This document shows positions 10,717 through 21,655 of a DNA stretch of 64,000 bases, piece after piece. This DNA is from Wickerhamiella versatilis (Eukaryota). Below the pieces are notes generated by a model. The model saw only the letters and a list, made by a program, of their open reading frames with translations. It was not told the DNA's origin and did not search any database. The position numbers and the translations under genes were made by a program. Where the stretch lies: the NCBI GenBank assembly GCA_030867685.1, contig JAQOWU010000008.1, positions 2,542,001 to 2,606,000 on the forward strand, read 5' to 3'. Within the stretch, counting starts at the first letter, position 1, and every line of letters begins with the position of its first letter.

Positions 10717-11829
10717 ATGGATGATGATATTGGTCAAATGCGCTTCAACTCTTTTAAAGCCGCAGCTCAAGCTAAAGGTGACTTTCTATCCTTGAGTTCC
10801 TCGAGACAATGGCTTGCTGTGTGCACATTAAATCCACAGCAAGCTACGCTCCCCTGGATATGGGCATTGCACACACTTCTGAGAGAAATATCATCAGATT
10901 CCGGTGAGCTTTTAGAGTTCTGTGACAGACTACGCTGGTTTGGGCTTCATTTCGACTGGGATCAAGCTTTACTTATGCCTGAAGACGTAGGAGATCTGCT
11001 TCGAGGGGTGTGCAACCTTCCAGATAGTGTTCGTCCCCTGAAAAATATTATACTTGATATTATAATGACAACTTTTGATGAAAAAGTTTCAGATGGGCTA
11101 TCTTTAATCCATGTTTTGCGCCTAAAGCAGATGCCCTCCTACTTCATGAGAATCAGTGTACGTTTTCCTCCGAAACAATCTGATTTGCAACTGTATTTTT
11201 CCTCACTGACTTCCAAACTTGTAGATAAAGGTCAATTTTCTGAAGCTTCGATTTATGCGGCGATAGCTTTGTCGCTACAGTCTAGCTCAGTCCAAGCTTA
11301 TCGTATAGCTTCTCTGTCGAGTCTTGCGGCCCACGCGTCCCCAAGCATCGCCCCATTGAAAGATCGCAATGCACAATCAGGAAAAAAGTCATGTGCTCTG
11401 GTGACAAAGTTTTCTTCTTATTTCAGAGACTTAAGCATCTCGTCTCTAGCTGAAATTCACAATTTTGCGAAAAACAATGAGCAACGATTTCATGAATTAG
11501 GATTATGGAAGCTAGTAAAGGCATCAATGGTCCGAGCTCGAATCGAATACATTCACAAAGTACTACGTTATACCAAAATTGGGTGGTTTGATCTTGTTAA
11601 GACGGGACCAGAGTCGCTGGACGATCTCTTGGTCTATGGGTTACGCTGTAAAATTTATCAACGTGGGAACGAGATTATACTCAGTGAAAGCCCTTCAGAA
11701 GACCTCTTCATCCTTCTAGAAAGGGTTACAGCAGCTGCTAATGCATTAAGTGGCATGAAAAGTTTCCCACCTCAGGGTGCTAAAGATCCAGAGCCTGATG
11801 AAGATTCGGATGGCAAATGGGGCTCATGA
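10717..11829 (+). CDS. Uncharacterised helical protein, possibly divergent COP9 signalosome subunit 3 (PCI family)
   Basis: 370-aa ATG ORF; DLQLYFSS..KGQFSEASIYAAIALS..SVQAYRIASLSSL and FHELGLWKLVK..RIEYI resemble the CSN3/Rpn3 pattern; weak similarity only. Confidence 0.4.
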   Translation: MDDDIGQMRFNSFKAAAQAKGDFLSLSSSRQWLAVCTLNPQQATLPWIWALHTLLREISSDSGELLEFCDRLRWFGLHFDWDQALLMPEDVGDLLRGVCNLPDSVRPLKNIILDIIMTTFDEKVSDGLSLIHVLRLKQMPSYFMRISVRFPPKQSDLQLYFSSLTSKLVDKGQFSEASIYAAIALSLQSSSVQAYRIASLSSLAAHASPSIAPLKDRNAQSGKKSCALVTKFSSYFRDLSISSLAEIHNFAKNNEQRFHELGLWKLVKASMVRARIEYIHKVLRYTKIGWFDLVKTGPESLDDLLVYGLRCKIYQRGNEIILSESPSEDLFILLERVTAAANALSGMKSFPPQGAKDPEPDEDSDGKWGS

Positions 11830-12014
11830 TCTCAATTTTGGCACTAATATAGGTATATATAATACTGCCCAAGGTATGCGAATTGTAAAGATCTACGTAC
11901 ACTGGATCTTTATAGTATACAAACTAATGATCAGCAACGGCCAGCGTTGTATTACATATTTAATATTACACGCGATGCTTTGCACTTTTCTTTTCGCTAC
12001 GAAAGCTTCGAAAG

Positions 12015-13679
12015 CTATTCGGGAAAATCCATGAAATCATGTCGTTCACCCTTGGTATCTTCAGTGGCAGGGTTTTGTACTTGTTGCATATCTGGCGATG
12101 GTGATTCTATTGCGTCACGAATTTGCGTTTGTGATGATTGTCCCATATGAATTGGTGAAGGTGGAAACTGGAACTCCAGTGGAATAGTTTCGCGTCTTTC
12201 AGTTCTTGGGTCCGCACTTTGTGTCGAATGCAATTGATGAGGGATTTGAGTATTCGCTGCCGGTAATTGCATTGTGGTGGGGTGTTGCTGATGGCTAACC
12301 ATCTGTTGAGTTGATTGCGGTCCACGGGGAGCATGTGTTAGACTGTGCGCTCTTGTGTGCATCCGGGATTGGCCACGAGAGTGGGCTCGGGCATAAGCAG
12401 TAGGCGTGATGGTCGATCGTGAATGATGATGTGGCCGATATGTATTTTGTGCATTAGAAATATACTGTGATAATTGAGGCATCGCATAATATGGTGGTAC
12501 GACCGGTACATACTGTTGTCTTCTGTGAGGGTCTGTAGCTTGTGCTCTAGCCACACTCGATGAAGGAGCAGGACCTTCAATATTATGGGGCTGCAGTCTC
12601 GTGGGAATACCATTCATCCACTCAGCAAATCTTGGATTGCGCCTCTGAGCTGCTCTCACAACTTGCCTGGTGCGTGTTAGGTTCGATGGGTCATAAAGTA
12701 ACTTTGAGATATTGGCAACGAACAAAGGATACAGTTTATCGACCAAACCTTCTCGGCGTGCTATATTCAAAGCGCGCTCAAAAGGTATCCAAACACCTTT
12801 AAGGTGCATATTGCCTATTTTGACGACATGGCGAACCCTCTCCCCTTTTAGAATTCCATCGCGACGGCCTCGTGTCATTCCAGCTACATTGAGCAGCTTT
12901 GTACCATTTATCATATTGTTATCGCACCTTCTTGTGATACTGGATGCCTGTGTTTCTACAACAATGCAAAGTGTTGACTCCTCGTCCCAAGACATTGTTG
13001 TTGTACGTGCTGAACGGTCAGCGAGTGGTTGCTGACCAGGACCTCCTCTTGGAAGGTTGATAATACCCTGAAGTGAAGGAAATTGCTCTACTATGCGCAT
13101 TTGCTCTGAAGGAGTTTTCACGATAGGAGCTCCTGATAATGAAGAAGGAGCTTTGCTTGGTCCCGGTACTCCTTGACTTGCGCCGGAAGCATAGAACCCG
13201 GATTGCTCTAGGGGTGGACTCAAGCCGAATTCTGAGGATTGATGATACTCCTGTGAGCCTGGGAACTGGCCAATATACTGGTACTGAGGTGCTGGTGCTT
13301 GCTGATACCCTTGTTGATAGTCTCCGTAAGGCTCTTGCTGAGCTTGCTGTGGATATTCGGGGTAATAAGGTGAAACATAAGGGGCATAGTAGCCCTGTGA
13401 GTTCTGAGATGGATGTCCAGGATAGTAGTATTCTGCCTGTGGCCTATTTATGGGTTGCACAATCTGTTGTCGTTGTTGTAGAGATGGAAGCTGCGGTTGA
13501 AATCTTGGGAGCGAGAGATCATAAGCTTGTTGATATATTTGACGTGGATGTGGCCTGTTCTCTTGCTGATAGTCTTGTTCGTCCTCGGAACCACTGCTGG
13601 AAGCGTCATGGAAGCTCTGCTCTGAGCCTGAAGACCCAGCACTTGAACGAGTGTGGCTGCCTGGGGTAGACTCTTGCAT
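12015..13679 (-). CDS. APSES-domain transcription factor (Efg1/Phd1/Sok2/StuA family)
   Basis: [58 protein letters not shown]-rich flanks; first ATG at 13679. Confidence 0.92.
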   Translation of the reverse strand: MQESTPGSHTRSSAGSSGSEQSFHDASSSGSEDEQDYQQENRPHPRQIYQQAYDLSLPRFQPQLPSLQQRQQIVQPINRPQAEYYYPGHPSQNSQGYYAPYVSPYYPEYPQQAQQEPYGDYQQGYQQAPAPQYQYIGQFPGSQEYHQSSEFGLSPPLEQSGFYASGASQGVPGPSKAPSSLSGAPIVKTPSEQMRIVEQFPSLQGIINLPRGGPGQQPLADRSARTTTMSWDEESTLCIVVETQASSITRRCDNNMINGTKLLNVAGMTRGRRDGILKGERVRHVVKIGNMHLKGVWIPFERALNIARREGLVDKLYPLFVANISKLLYDPSNLTRTRQVVRAAQRRNPRFAEWMNGIPTRLQPHNIEGPAPSSSVARAQATDPHRRQQYVPVVPPYYAMPQLSQYISNAQNTYRPHHHSRSTITPTAYARAHSRGQSRMHTRAHSLTHAPRGPQSTQQMVSHQQHPTTMQLPAANTQIPHQLHSTQSADPRTERRETIPLEFQFPPSPIHMGQSSQTQIRDAIESPSPDMQQVQNPATEDTKGERHDFMDFPE

Positions 13680-14845
13680 AGGGAATGGCTGGCTTTTAGT
13701 TCCACGATCTGTCAGTAACCCCTCTTTGAGGGCATCTACGCCATACGCAGCCTGCACTCTAATAAGCCAAAAACCGCGGACTCTGTAATTAGGGTGCGAC
13801 GTCACGGGGTCGTCGCGGTTCTTTATGCTTTGGAAGCTGAAGCAATCCCTGTTCTTTAAGGTTTTAGTTGTCAACGTTTCAAATCGTCCTTCCGTAGTGT
13901 GCTAACAAGATCTTGTCAGCCTGGTGCCTTCAAAGTCAGAATATTTGTTTCTCAGCTAAACTGAACAGAAAAATTCTTGAGGCTTCGGGGAAGAGTTTAT
14001 CTTATGCCTCTTTAAGCTGGAACGCAAGAGTCGCTACTCATATCTCGAAACACCCACCAAAACCTTATTTGGCCATCTACATTACGATCTATAGTGATCT
14101 GAAGTCTGAAACTGAACCCTAGTGTGGCTTATGGTTAGCTATTCTCTGCAAACTGACAGCCGCAGGGTGTCACGCTGCATGTCTAGCTCAATCTATGAAT
14201 GACTACAATGTGTCTCGCGTGGCCAAGGCAGCGTCTCAGACTACTAATATGATCTAGGTCAGTGTTTCACCAGAGTTTCATACTTAGATCCCTGCGATCA
14301 CTCCTGATTTTGCATACCAGCGCCACGTTTGTGGTCATGCTGCCCGCATAATAAGAAACGCTCAAATATAAGTTGGTATGGTCACGTGCAGATCATCCCG
14401 CTATACATCGGGAAGTTTTACGACTCACTGCTAAGTCCTAAGTGATGTTAGTTAGGGCTGTAGTAAACTTAACCCGAGACAGTCATAAGGTTTAAGGAGT
14501 TCAACCCTAAGACCCTGCTCGCGAAACAAGCACGTCTAGAGTGCACTTGCAGAAACAAAATTGTAAGTAAAAAATGAAGAACAAATGTTCGAGAGGTGAT
14601 CGGCGGGATTATGCACCATAGCATTTAACATTTGTGTTAAGTTTAGACACAGATATGTGAATTTCTAGACATTTGATATTAGTCGGTTTCGAGACGGTCC
14701 ATCCTATATATTATGGAATTAAAGTATGATTTTTTCCCCTGATTTAAAGGCCTTACGGTTCTTTTTCATTTATACGGATTGATATCAACTATTATCACTT
14801 GTCGGTCATCGTTGACTAAGTTGTTAAAAGAGTCTTTTCTCCTAT

Positions 14846-16405
14846 ATGTCGAAGTTGGTACCCAAAGCCCTTCTTGGTGCTAATGGGTTTCCCGATTATT
14901 TAAAAATGATATTAACATCTCGTGTTTATGATGTTTGCAAGGAAACGCCTGTAACACATGCTCCCCGTATGTCTTCTCGCATGGGAGCTCAGGTTTTTCT
15001 CAAAAGAGAAGACCTCCAACCTGTCTTCAGCTTCAAACTTCGAGGAGCATACAATATGATGTCCCAACTCCCGCAATCAAAGATGGAAAAAGGGGTTGTC
15101 TCTTGTTCTGCAGGTAATCATGCACAGGGCGTCGCCTATTCGGCTAAGAAATTGGGAATACCGGCAACTATTGTAATGCCAACAGCAACTCCCTCAATAA
15201 AGTATGAAAATGTGCGAAGACTCGGTGGTCAGGTGATCCTGAGTGGTGCAGATTTTGATGAAGCCAAAAAAGAATGCGCGAAACTGGAGCATGAATATGA
15301 TCTCACATACATACCACCCTTTGATAACCCATACGTGATTGCAGGTCAAGGAACCATAGGCCTTGAATTGCTACGTCAAGTTGATGTACAGAAACTGAAG
15401 GCTGTCTTCTGTTGCATAGGTGGTGGTGGGCTTATCAGCGGTGTTGGCTCGTACATCAAGCGTATTGCTCCGCACGTCAAGGTTATTGGGGTTGAGACGT
15501 GGGACGCTGATGCGATGTATCAGTCGCTCAGTCAAAAAAAGCTTATCAAACTGGACGATGTTGGGCTGTTCGCTGATGGTGCAGCGGTCAAATTGCCTGG
15601 TACTGAATGTTTCCGACTGGTTTCTAAGTTCTGTGATGAGATCGTACGGGTGAATACAGACGAAATTTGTGCGGCCATTAATGACATTTTTGATGAAACT
15701 CGAAGTATTCCAGAGCCTGCAGGAGCATTAAGTGTAGCTGGTATGAAGAAGTGGCACGCACAACAGCCACAGACGTCAGACACAAACCAGGCCTATGCTG
15801 CAGTAGTTTCAGGTGCGAATATGAACTTTGACCGTCTCAGGTTTGTTTCAGAGCGAAGTAGGTTGGGTGCTGGCAAGGAAGTTTTCCTTGCAGTAGAGAT
15901 CCCAGAAAAGCCAGGTTCCTTCATTAACTTGACAAAAGTCTTAATGCCACATAATATTACGGAGTTTTCGTATCGACACAATTCCCGAGCCACTGCAAGA
16001 GTATATATCTCATTCTCCATTCAAGATCGAGAAATGATTCCAGAGGTGCTCAAAAAAATTGACGAGAATGATATGAAGGCTTATGATTTGAGTGGTAATG
16101 ACTTGGCAAAAACGCATGCTCGATACATGGTAGGAGGAACACCAAACCTAGTGAATGAAAGGCTTTTTAAGTTCGAGTTCCCGGAGCGTCAAGGTGCACT
16201 GGAGCGTTTCCTTTCCAATCTGCAGTCAGGTTTCGATATCACTCTCTTCCATTACCGCAATAATGGTTCCGATATAGGACGAGTACTCGCAGCCATTCAA
16301 GTTCCTGAAGGCAAGGATGAAGAACTGATTCAGTTCTTGGAAGAATTGCGCTATCCTTATAAGGAGGAAACAGAAAATATTGCGTATAAGATGTTTTTGA
16401 AGTAA
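14846..16405 (+). CDS. ILV1: Biosynthetic threonine dehydratase
   Basis: [18 protein letters not shown] (PLP Lys), [24 protein letters not shown]-terminal ACT-like [16 protein letters not shown]. Confidence 0.97.
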   Translation: MSKLVPKALLGANGFPDYLKMILTSRVYDVCKETPVTHAPRMSSRMGAQVFLKREDLQPVFSFKLRGAYNMMSQLPQSKMEKGVVSCSAGNHAQGVAYSAKKLGIPATIVMPTATPSIKYENVRRLGGQVILSGADFDEAKKECAKLEHEYDLTYIPPFDNPYVIAGQGTIGLELLRQVDVQKLKAVFCCIGGGGLISGVGSYIKRIAPHVKVIGVETWDADAMYQSLSQKKLIKLDDVGLFADGAAVKLPGTECFRLVSKFCDEIVRVNTDEICAAINDIFDETRSIPEPAGALSVAGMKKWHAQQPQTSDTNQAYAAVVSGANMNFDRLRFVSERSRLGAGKEVFLAVEIPEKPGSFINLTKVLMPHNITEFSYRHNSRATARVYISFSIQDREMIPEVLKKIDENDMKAYDLSGNDLAKTHARYMVGGTPNLVNERLFKFEFPERQGALERFLSNLQSGFDITLFHYRNNGSDIGRVLAAIQVPEGKDEELIQFLEELRYPYKEETENIAYKMFLK

Positions 16406-16586
16406 TTGCGGTTGCATCAATATTAAAAGCAATTTTATGATCACACCAAATGAATTAGTGACACTAATTTAGTTGTAAAGCATTAGGGAATTTTCAGGAA
16501 TCTGAGGTCCGCTATCGTCTGATTCTTTCTTCCTGTTGTACAAATAACACAAATCGTGAGTATTACGTAACAACTGTCCAATAAGC

Positions 16587-17021
16587 ATGTCCTCAAGTCT
16601 TGGACGAACTATTCGGAACTTTCTACGGATCGGTCCACGTGAATATCTGCGCCAGCTAAACCGCATTGATGATGCTAAGTATGGTGTGCTCCGTGGCGTG
16701 GATGCATATGGCAACAAGTACTACGAGAATGACAAGGAGGACGAAATTTTCTTGCGTACCCGGTGGGTAGATTATAAGGGCTGGTACTACGATCCAACCA
16801 AAGTAGAACCAGGATGGCGTGGATGGCTTCACTACACAGTCGATTACACTCCGAATGAGTTGCCAAAGGACGAGACTGTGATCCGGGCCACTGAACCTCC
16901 AGGAAAGACCCTTAAATATGAGAACATGACAGGGACATTGGGTGCATATGTGCCTTATAGTACGGTGAGACCAAAAATGGAGAGGTGTGCTTGGGAGCCG
17001 CAGGTTCAGGAGCGAGTATAA
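16587..17021 (+). CDS. NADH:ubiquinone oxidoreductase accessory subunit NDUFA12 (N7BM/B17.2)
   Basis: GVDAYGNKYYEN, RTRWVDY, VEPGWRGWLHY, ENMTGTLGAYVPYST. Confidence 0.9.
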   Translation: MSSSLGRTIRNFLRIGPREYLRQLNRIDDAKYGVLRGVDAYGNKYYENDKEDEIFLRTRWVDYKGWYYDPTKVEPGWRGWLHYTVDYTPNELPKDETVIRATEPPGKTLKYENMTGTLGAYVPYSTVRPKMERCAWEPQVQERV

Positions 17022-17105
17022 GGTCAATAATCTCTCACTTCGCCGATATTGGCATCTAAAGCTAAATGATATGGTAAATAATTTGATATTACAAGGAAAG
17101 CTAGC

Positions 17106-18164
17106 TCAAATAGTATCTGCTGCATTTTTGCCGTCTCCCGACGCGAAAGTTGCTGCAACCATCAAGGGGAAAACTGCAGTTACCTCACAGTAAACCTTCA
17201 CGTTTTTGGCATCAGCTTTGATTTTACCCCATGAAATGGCTTCATCGGGGCGTGCACCTGCATCACTACCGTCAAATTCCTGCGCTGTATTGATATACAC
17301 GGCGTAATCAGCACCATTGCGCATGAGACAGGCATTTGCTATGTGATGCTTCACCAAGCCACCACCCAGAATTATCATTCCTGCCTTGGTTGCCTTAATC
17401 GACATTGTGTTTATCTTACGGATATCCTCCACGAGATCAACCCTCAAATGATTCTTGAACGAATTGAAGAAGAGCATATCTCCAAGTGAGCCATCTGTGA
17501 GTGCTGGACAAAATACAGGAATATCATTCTTGTGTGCCCAATAGAGCACACTATCTTCGTTGGCAATCTCAGCACCCAGACGATCAATTATCTTAGATGG
17601 TGTCCAATTTACGCCATCTTTCTCCTGCTCCTGGAATAGTTTTTCCAGGATCGGAGTGCACCAGTCTTCAAACTTGCAGTAATTATCATTGGGTACAATC
17701 AAATTTCCAATACGATTCAGACCCTTCTCACGCAGCTGGGCTCCTGGTAAGTTGAAATCAGCCATATAAGTCGGTGCCAAACACTTTATCAAGTCCTCTT
17801 CAATTCCACCGCCTGTCGTGACAATTGCACTAACCAGACGATGTTTGACGAGGTAGCGGATCACTGATCGAAGACCACTTGAGATAAGATTTGAAGTATA
17901 ACCTATAAATACTGTAGTGCGAACGGCATTTCCATCATCATCAGTTCCTTTCCACTGGCGCATTTGGTCAAAGATATCACAGGCTTGACCAATTGCTGAT
18001 GCTTGGAATCCCATTCTCTTCATCCCATCAACGATAGATCGAGCACTTATCGGTTTCCCATCAAAATCATCGAAATTGATCCCTTCGACTTCCGGACCAT
18101 CCCAGCTTTCACTGGCCTTAAGTACTGCATCAGTCGCAAGCTGAGGACGACTATCGTCAACCAT
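17106..18164 (-). CDS. DYS1: Deoxyhypusine synthase
   Basis: [56 protein letters not shown]. Confidence 0.97.
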   Translation of the reverse strand: MVDDSRPQLATDAVLKASESWDGPEVEGINFDDFDGKPISARSIVDGMKRMGFQASAIGQACDIFDQMRQWKGTDDDGNAVRTTVFIGYTSNLISSGLRSVIRYLVKHRLVSAIVTTGGGIEEDLIKCLAPTYMADFNLPGAQLREKGLNRIGNLIVPNDNYCKFEDWCTPILEKLFQEQEKDGVNWTPSKIIDRLGAEIANEDSVLYWAHKNDIPVFCPALTDGSLGDMLFFNSFKNHLRVDLVEDIRKINTMSIKATKAGMIILGGGLVKHHIANACLMRNGADYAVYINTAQEFDGSDAGARPDEAISWGKIKADAKNVKVYCEVTAVFPLMVAATFASGDGKNAADTI

Positions 18165-18634
18165 CTCGGTGAAAAATTACTTAGGGTTAGGTGAGTGTAG
18201 CTGGATATTTACTCTCGACTTTTATCACATGTTCTCATCTGGATATTTATAGTACTAATACATTAATATACTTTCCAATTTAATGCTGGGGTTATTGCCA
18301 CTGTGGCGTATGGAAGATCTACCTATGTCCCCAGTCGAATCCTCGCCTAGTATCTGACAGAAGATACTCGTACATGAGATTGTTTCGATATTTCATACCA
18401 GCCCAGGCTCGTAACAAGAAGAATATATCGAACATTCTCTGGTGAGTGTTGTTACCTGGTGTAGTCTGTATACCAGCCATACGGTACTAAACATTGCATT
18501 AAAATTTGGAAGTATTTTAAAGAAAATATATGTGCATGTGTTTGATATATTTTAGATCTTTAAGGCACGATAATGCACTACTATAGTTTTTAGAGACATT
18601 TATAGACGCGTCTGGTGGTCCCGCTGACTCAGGG

Positions 18635-21358
18635 ATGCTGGTATTGGAACTGCTGCGGTCAACGCGGTCAGGAAATGCAGATTCACGAATCTCTGCAGAG
18701 TCCAAAGTCGAATATCTCACAGAGAATAACCCAGCAGAATTTATTGATGAACTATTTCATATTGCAGAATCTCCCGAGAGTGCTACAGATGATGCTCAAT
18801 CCGCATTACTTGTCATAAAGCTTATAGTGGTGCGCCACTGGTCACCAGGGTTTGAACAATATACTGGTAAGCCATTAAGCCATGAAACTCGTGTGGCAAT
18901 TCGGAGTCGGCTCTTAGAACTTGTGGCCTATACTCCCAACAAGCTCACTCGCCAGGCAGCTGCACTTGTCGTGTCACGCATTGGTGGTCTTGAGTTCCCA
19001 GATGAGTGGCCAGATCTGTTGCAGAAAACAACAGAAATGCTCTCGGGTGATAATACTCTCTTGGGCGGCTTGGTACTGTTTAAGGAACTACTCGTAGAGA
19101 CACTTCGAGAGCGAGATTTCTTCGAGATTGGCAATTTTGTTTTATATAGATTGATGGAAGCCACCCAGATTCCTGATACCTCACTTGTAGCTGTCCAGTG
19201 TCTTCATGAGTGTATTAACTTTTTCTTGATGGGCGATGATGAAGAATTAAAATTCTTGGAATCTTTAGCTGCAGAATTTATGCCAAAATGGGTGAATCTT
19301 TGCTGCGAACTCATGGTTAAAAGACAAGATGATACTGAGCTACTTATGGAAACTGTAAGTATTTTGAGGGAAATGTATTCAGCGTTTGAAGAAATTGTGG
19401 AACCTTATCTGGGTTTGGTCTGTACCACAGTTCTAAATTGTTTGGCAAAATATGACCCTGAGGAAAGCTTAATGGATCTTGCTACAGCTCAAGTAGATTT
19501 AATTGAGCTTTGTGTCACAAATTCTGACTTAGTTCGGGTTGAGTTACAGTCGAATGAAGCATTAGAGACCCTCGTTTCTCTCTGTATTCGCTTGGCAGTC
19601 CTTCCATCTGAATATCAGGCTTTATGGAGTGAAGACTTCAACGAGTATATTACGAATGAGCAGGAAGAGGAGATAGATTCAGGACCTCGCCCGGGAGTTC
19701 GAGAAGTATTGGCTGCTCTTCGTCGAAATAATGAAGTAGCACGGCTACTAGTGACAGAAACCCTCAGTTCTACTCATTGGCCAATTTGTGAATCAGCTCT
19801 TTACTTACTTGAAGGCTTACTACGGAAAGTACCTCTCAGCATACAAGATTATTTCGATGTTACACAGTTAGTAAATTTTTTGGCACAGGTGAAAGAACCT
19901 CCTGTATTCCATGCCAGAGCCCTCAGCGTGATCGGTACGTTGGCAAAGTTTGTGCCTGATAGCTTATTTCCAAAAGATTCTAAGCTTGCCTTGCTTCAAC
20001 CCGCTTGGGGCCCGTTTGATAATGAAACCACCGCAGCTGCGGGCCTCAATACCCTTTCTTTGGCAGCATCGCTTTATCCCGATGAGTTTAGACCAAAGCA
20101 ACCCTACTTATTCCAAAAAATAGCAGATCTTGTTCCCCCTGCTTCTGATGATACACCAACTTTTCTTCTAGGCTGCATGCTAACATTTATCAGGCTTGAC
20201 TTTGAGCAAAGTGTAAAGTCTCCCGGGTTCTTTGAAATATTATTCGCACTCGCGGGAAAAGATACGGCAAATGTAGAGACAAACGCCCAGATAGTTGATT
20301 CGATAGAGGAACTCTTGGACCATGCTGATGTAGCTGAGAGACTCTTAACACCTATACTTACCGCAATTCGTGATGCAGCGCCATCGTATGAATTTTCCAA
20401 TGATTTTTATTTTGCGCTAGACATTGCAGGAGCAGTTTTTGAGAAGCACCCGCCTTCTCTTCCAGCTGTTCAACTATTGCCTACATTCCAAGAGCTGATG
20501 GAAACCACAGAGGACCCAGAGATATTGCAAGCTGCCTCCTTTGCCTACTCTTCGTTAGTGTCTCAACTGCCTAAAGGTGCAGTTACGGCAGAGATTGTAC
20601 AGAAGGTACTAAATGTAGCAGCAAGATTACTCGACCCTCAACTTGAGGATTCTGCAGCTCTTGCCACTGGAAGGCTCGTAAGAGCTATAGTCGATTCGTT
20701 TGGAGATGACCTTGGTCCAATATTAACTGAACTAATAATTGCGGCAGCTAGGAGGTTGAGCACAGCAACCAACGCGCTCTTGGTCGAGAATTTGGTTATA
20801 GTATTTTGCGAATTGCTTCGGCGCAATCCTCAGGCAGTGGTAGATCTTCTTTATGAGCATAGCCTACTTGAAGTAACGCTTCGAAAGCTCCTAGCAACTT
20901 TTCAGGTCATCTCCGGAGCAGATGAGATTTCCTTATCCATAAAGGCACTTCAAAGTGTATTTGACTTGCATGATAACCGTGTCGCACAAGTTTACGTTGA
21001 TGATGAGCCTATTATTGATCCCAATGTGATATTGACCCGATCTAAGACAAAAAATATGAAATTCAAACAGGTCTCAGTGAACCTCAAGATCGTGAAACTT
21101 CTTATAGGTGAACTATCTATACAGCTGCCATTACAAGGTAATGGAAATTCCGGTTATAAAATACCACAGAACATTGATGACGCTGAATGGGAGGACGAGT
21201 TGACTGTCACTAATGATGGAACAGTAGTTGATCGACGTAATTTTGGTATCATTATGGACTGGTTTAAAAGCCTCAGTGGCCAAGAAAGCATAGGGCTTTA
21301 TTCGGAGCTTTCGTCCAAAGAGAGACGCATTCTTCTAGAAGCCAGTAAAAAATACTAA
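18635..21358 (+). CDS. KAP114: Importin-beta family karyopherin, importin-9/Kap114
   Basis: IBN_N-like start, RHWSPGFEQY, LEFPDEWPDLL, HEAT repeats, ILTRSKTK..VNLKIVKLLIGEL importin-9 C-terminal motif. Confidence 0.8.
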   Translation: MLVLELLRSTRSGNADSRISAESKVEYLTENNPAEFIDELFHIAESPESATDDAQSALLVIKLIVVRHWSPGFEQYTGKPLSHETRVAIRSRLLELVAYTPNKLTRQAAALVVSRIGGLEFPDEWPDLLQKTTEMLSGDNTLLGGLVLFKELLVETLRERDFFEIGNFVLYRLMEATQIPDTSLVAVQCLHECINFFLMGDDEELKFLESLAAEFMPKWVNLCCELMVKRQDDTELLMETVSILREMYSAFEEIVEPYLGLVCTTVLNCLAKYDPEESLMDLATAQVDLIELCVTNSDLVRVELQSNEALETLVSLCIRLAVLPSEYQALWSEDFNEYITNEQEEEIDSGPRPGVREVLAALRRNNEVARLLVTETLSSTHWPICESALYLLEGLLRKVPLSIQDYFDVTQLVNFLAQVKEPPVFHARALSVIGTLAKFVPDSLFPKDSKLALLQPAWGPFDNETTAAAGLNTLSLAASLYPDEFRPKQPYLFQKIADLVPPASDDTPTFLLGCMLTFIRLDFEQSVKSPGFFEILFALAGKDTANVETNAQIVDSIEELLDHADVAERLLTPILTAIRDAAPSYEFSNDFYFALDIAGAVFEKHPPSLPAVQLLPTFQELMETTEDPEILQAASFAYSSLVSQLPKGAVTAEIVQKVLNVAARLLDPQLEDSAALATGRLVRAIVDSFGDDLGPILTELIIAAARRLSTATNALLVENLVIVFCELLRRNPQAVVDLLYEHSLLEVTLRKLLATFQVISGADEISLSIKALQSVFDLHDNRVAQVYVDDEPIIDPNVILTRSKTKNMKFKQVSVNLKIVKLLIGELSIQLPLQGNGNSGYKIPQNIDDAEWEDELTVTNDGTVVDRRNFGIIMDWFKSLSGQESIGLYSELSSKERRILLEASKKY

Positions 21359-21655
21359 AACATTCAATGACATTGCTAACAACCTAATGATGCAAATTCA
21401 CAAAAGCTGTGTGACTAGCGAATTATTAACCAGTAGCTTTATTGAACACTATAATTTTGCAGAAGAATGATGACCGTTACTTCCTGCTATAGCCATCTGG
21501 TACTAGCCTTAAAGGCCCCTCACTCTCTTATGTATGACATTCAAGGAAATAATTGCTGCTCATGTAAAATGTATTGAATGTTTATCTTATGTCCTTAAAA
21601 TATTTTGTTTGAAATTCCTGTGCAATAGGGGGAGATATAATCTAGCACACACGAG

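Noticed and set aside
14290-14330. ATACCAGCG resembling part of a fungal TPP riboswitch
   Set aside because: Lacks the CTGAGA element and P4/P5 pairing; neighbours are not thiamine genes
18195-18500. GTGAGT/TACTAA splice-like signals and a 53-codon minus-strand ORF between DYS1 and KAP114
   Set aside because: No coherent exon structure or recognisable product; both flanking genes appear complete
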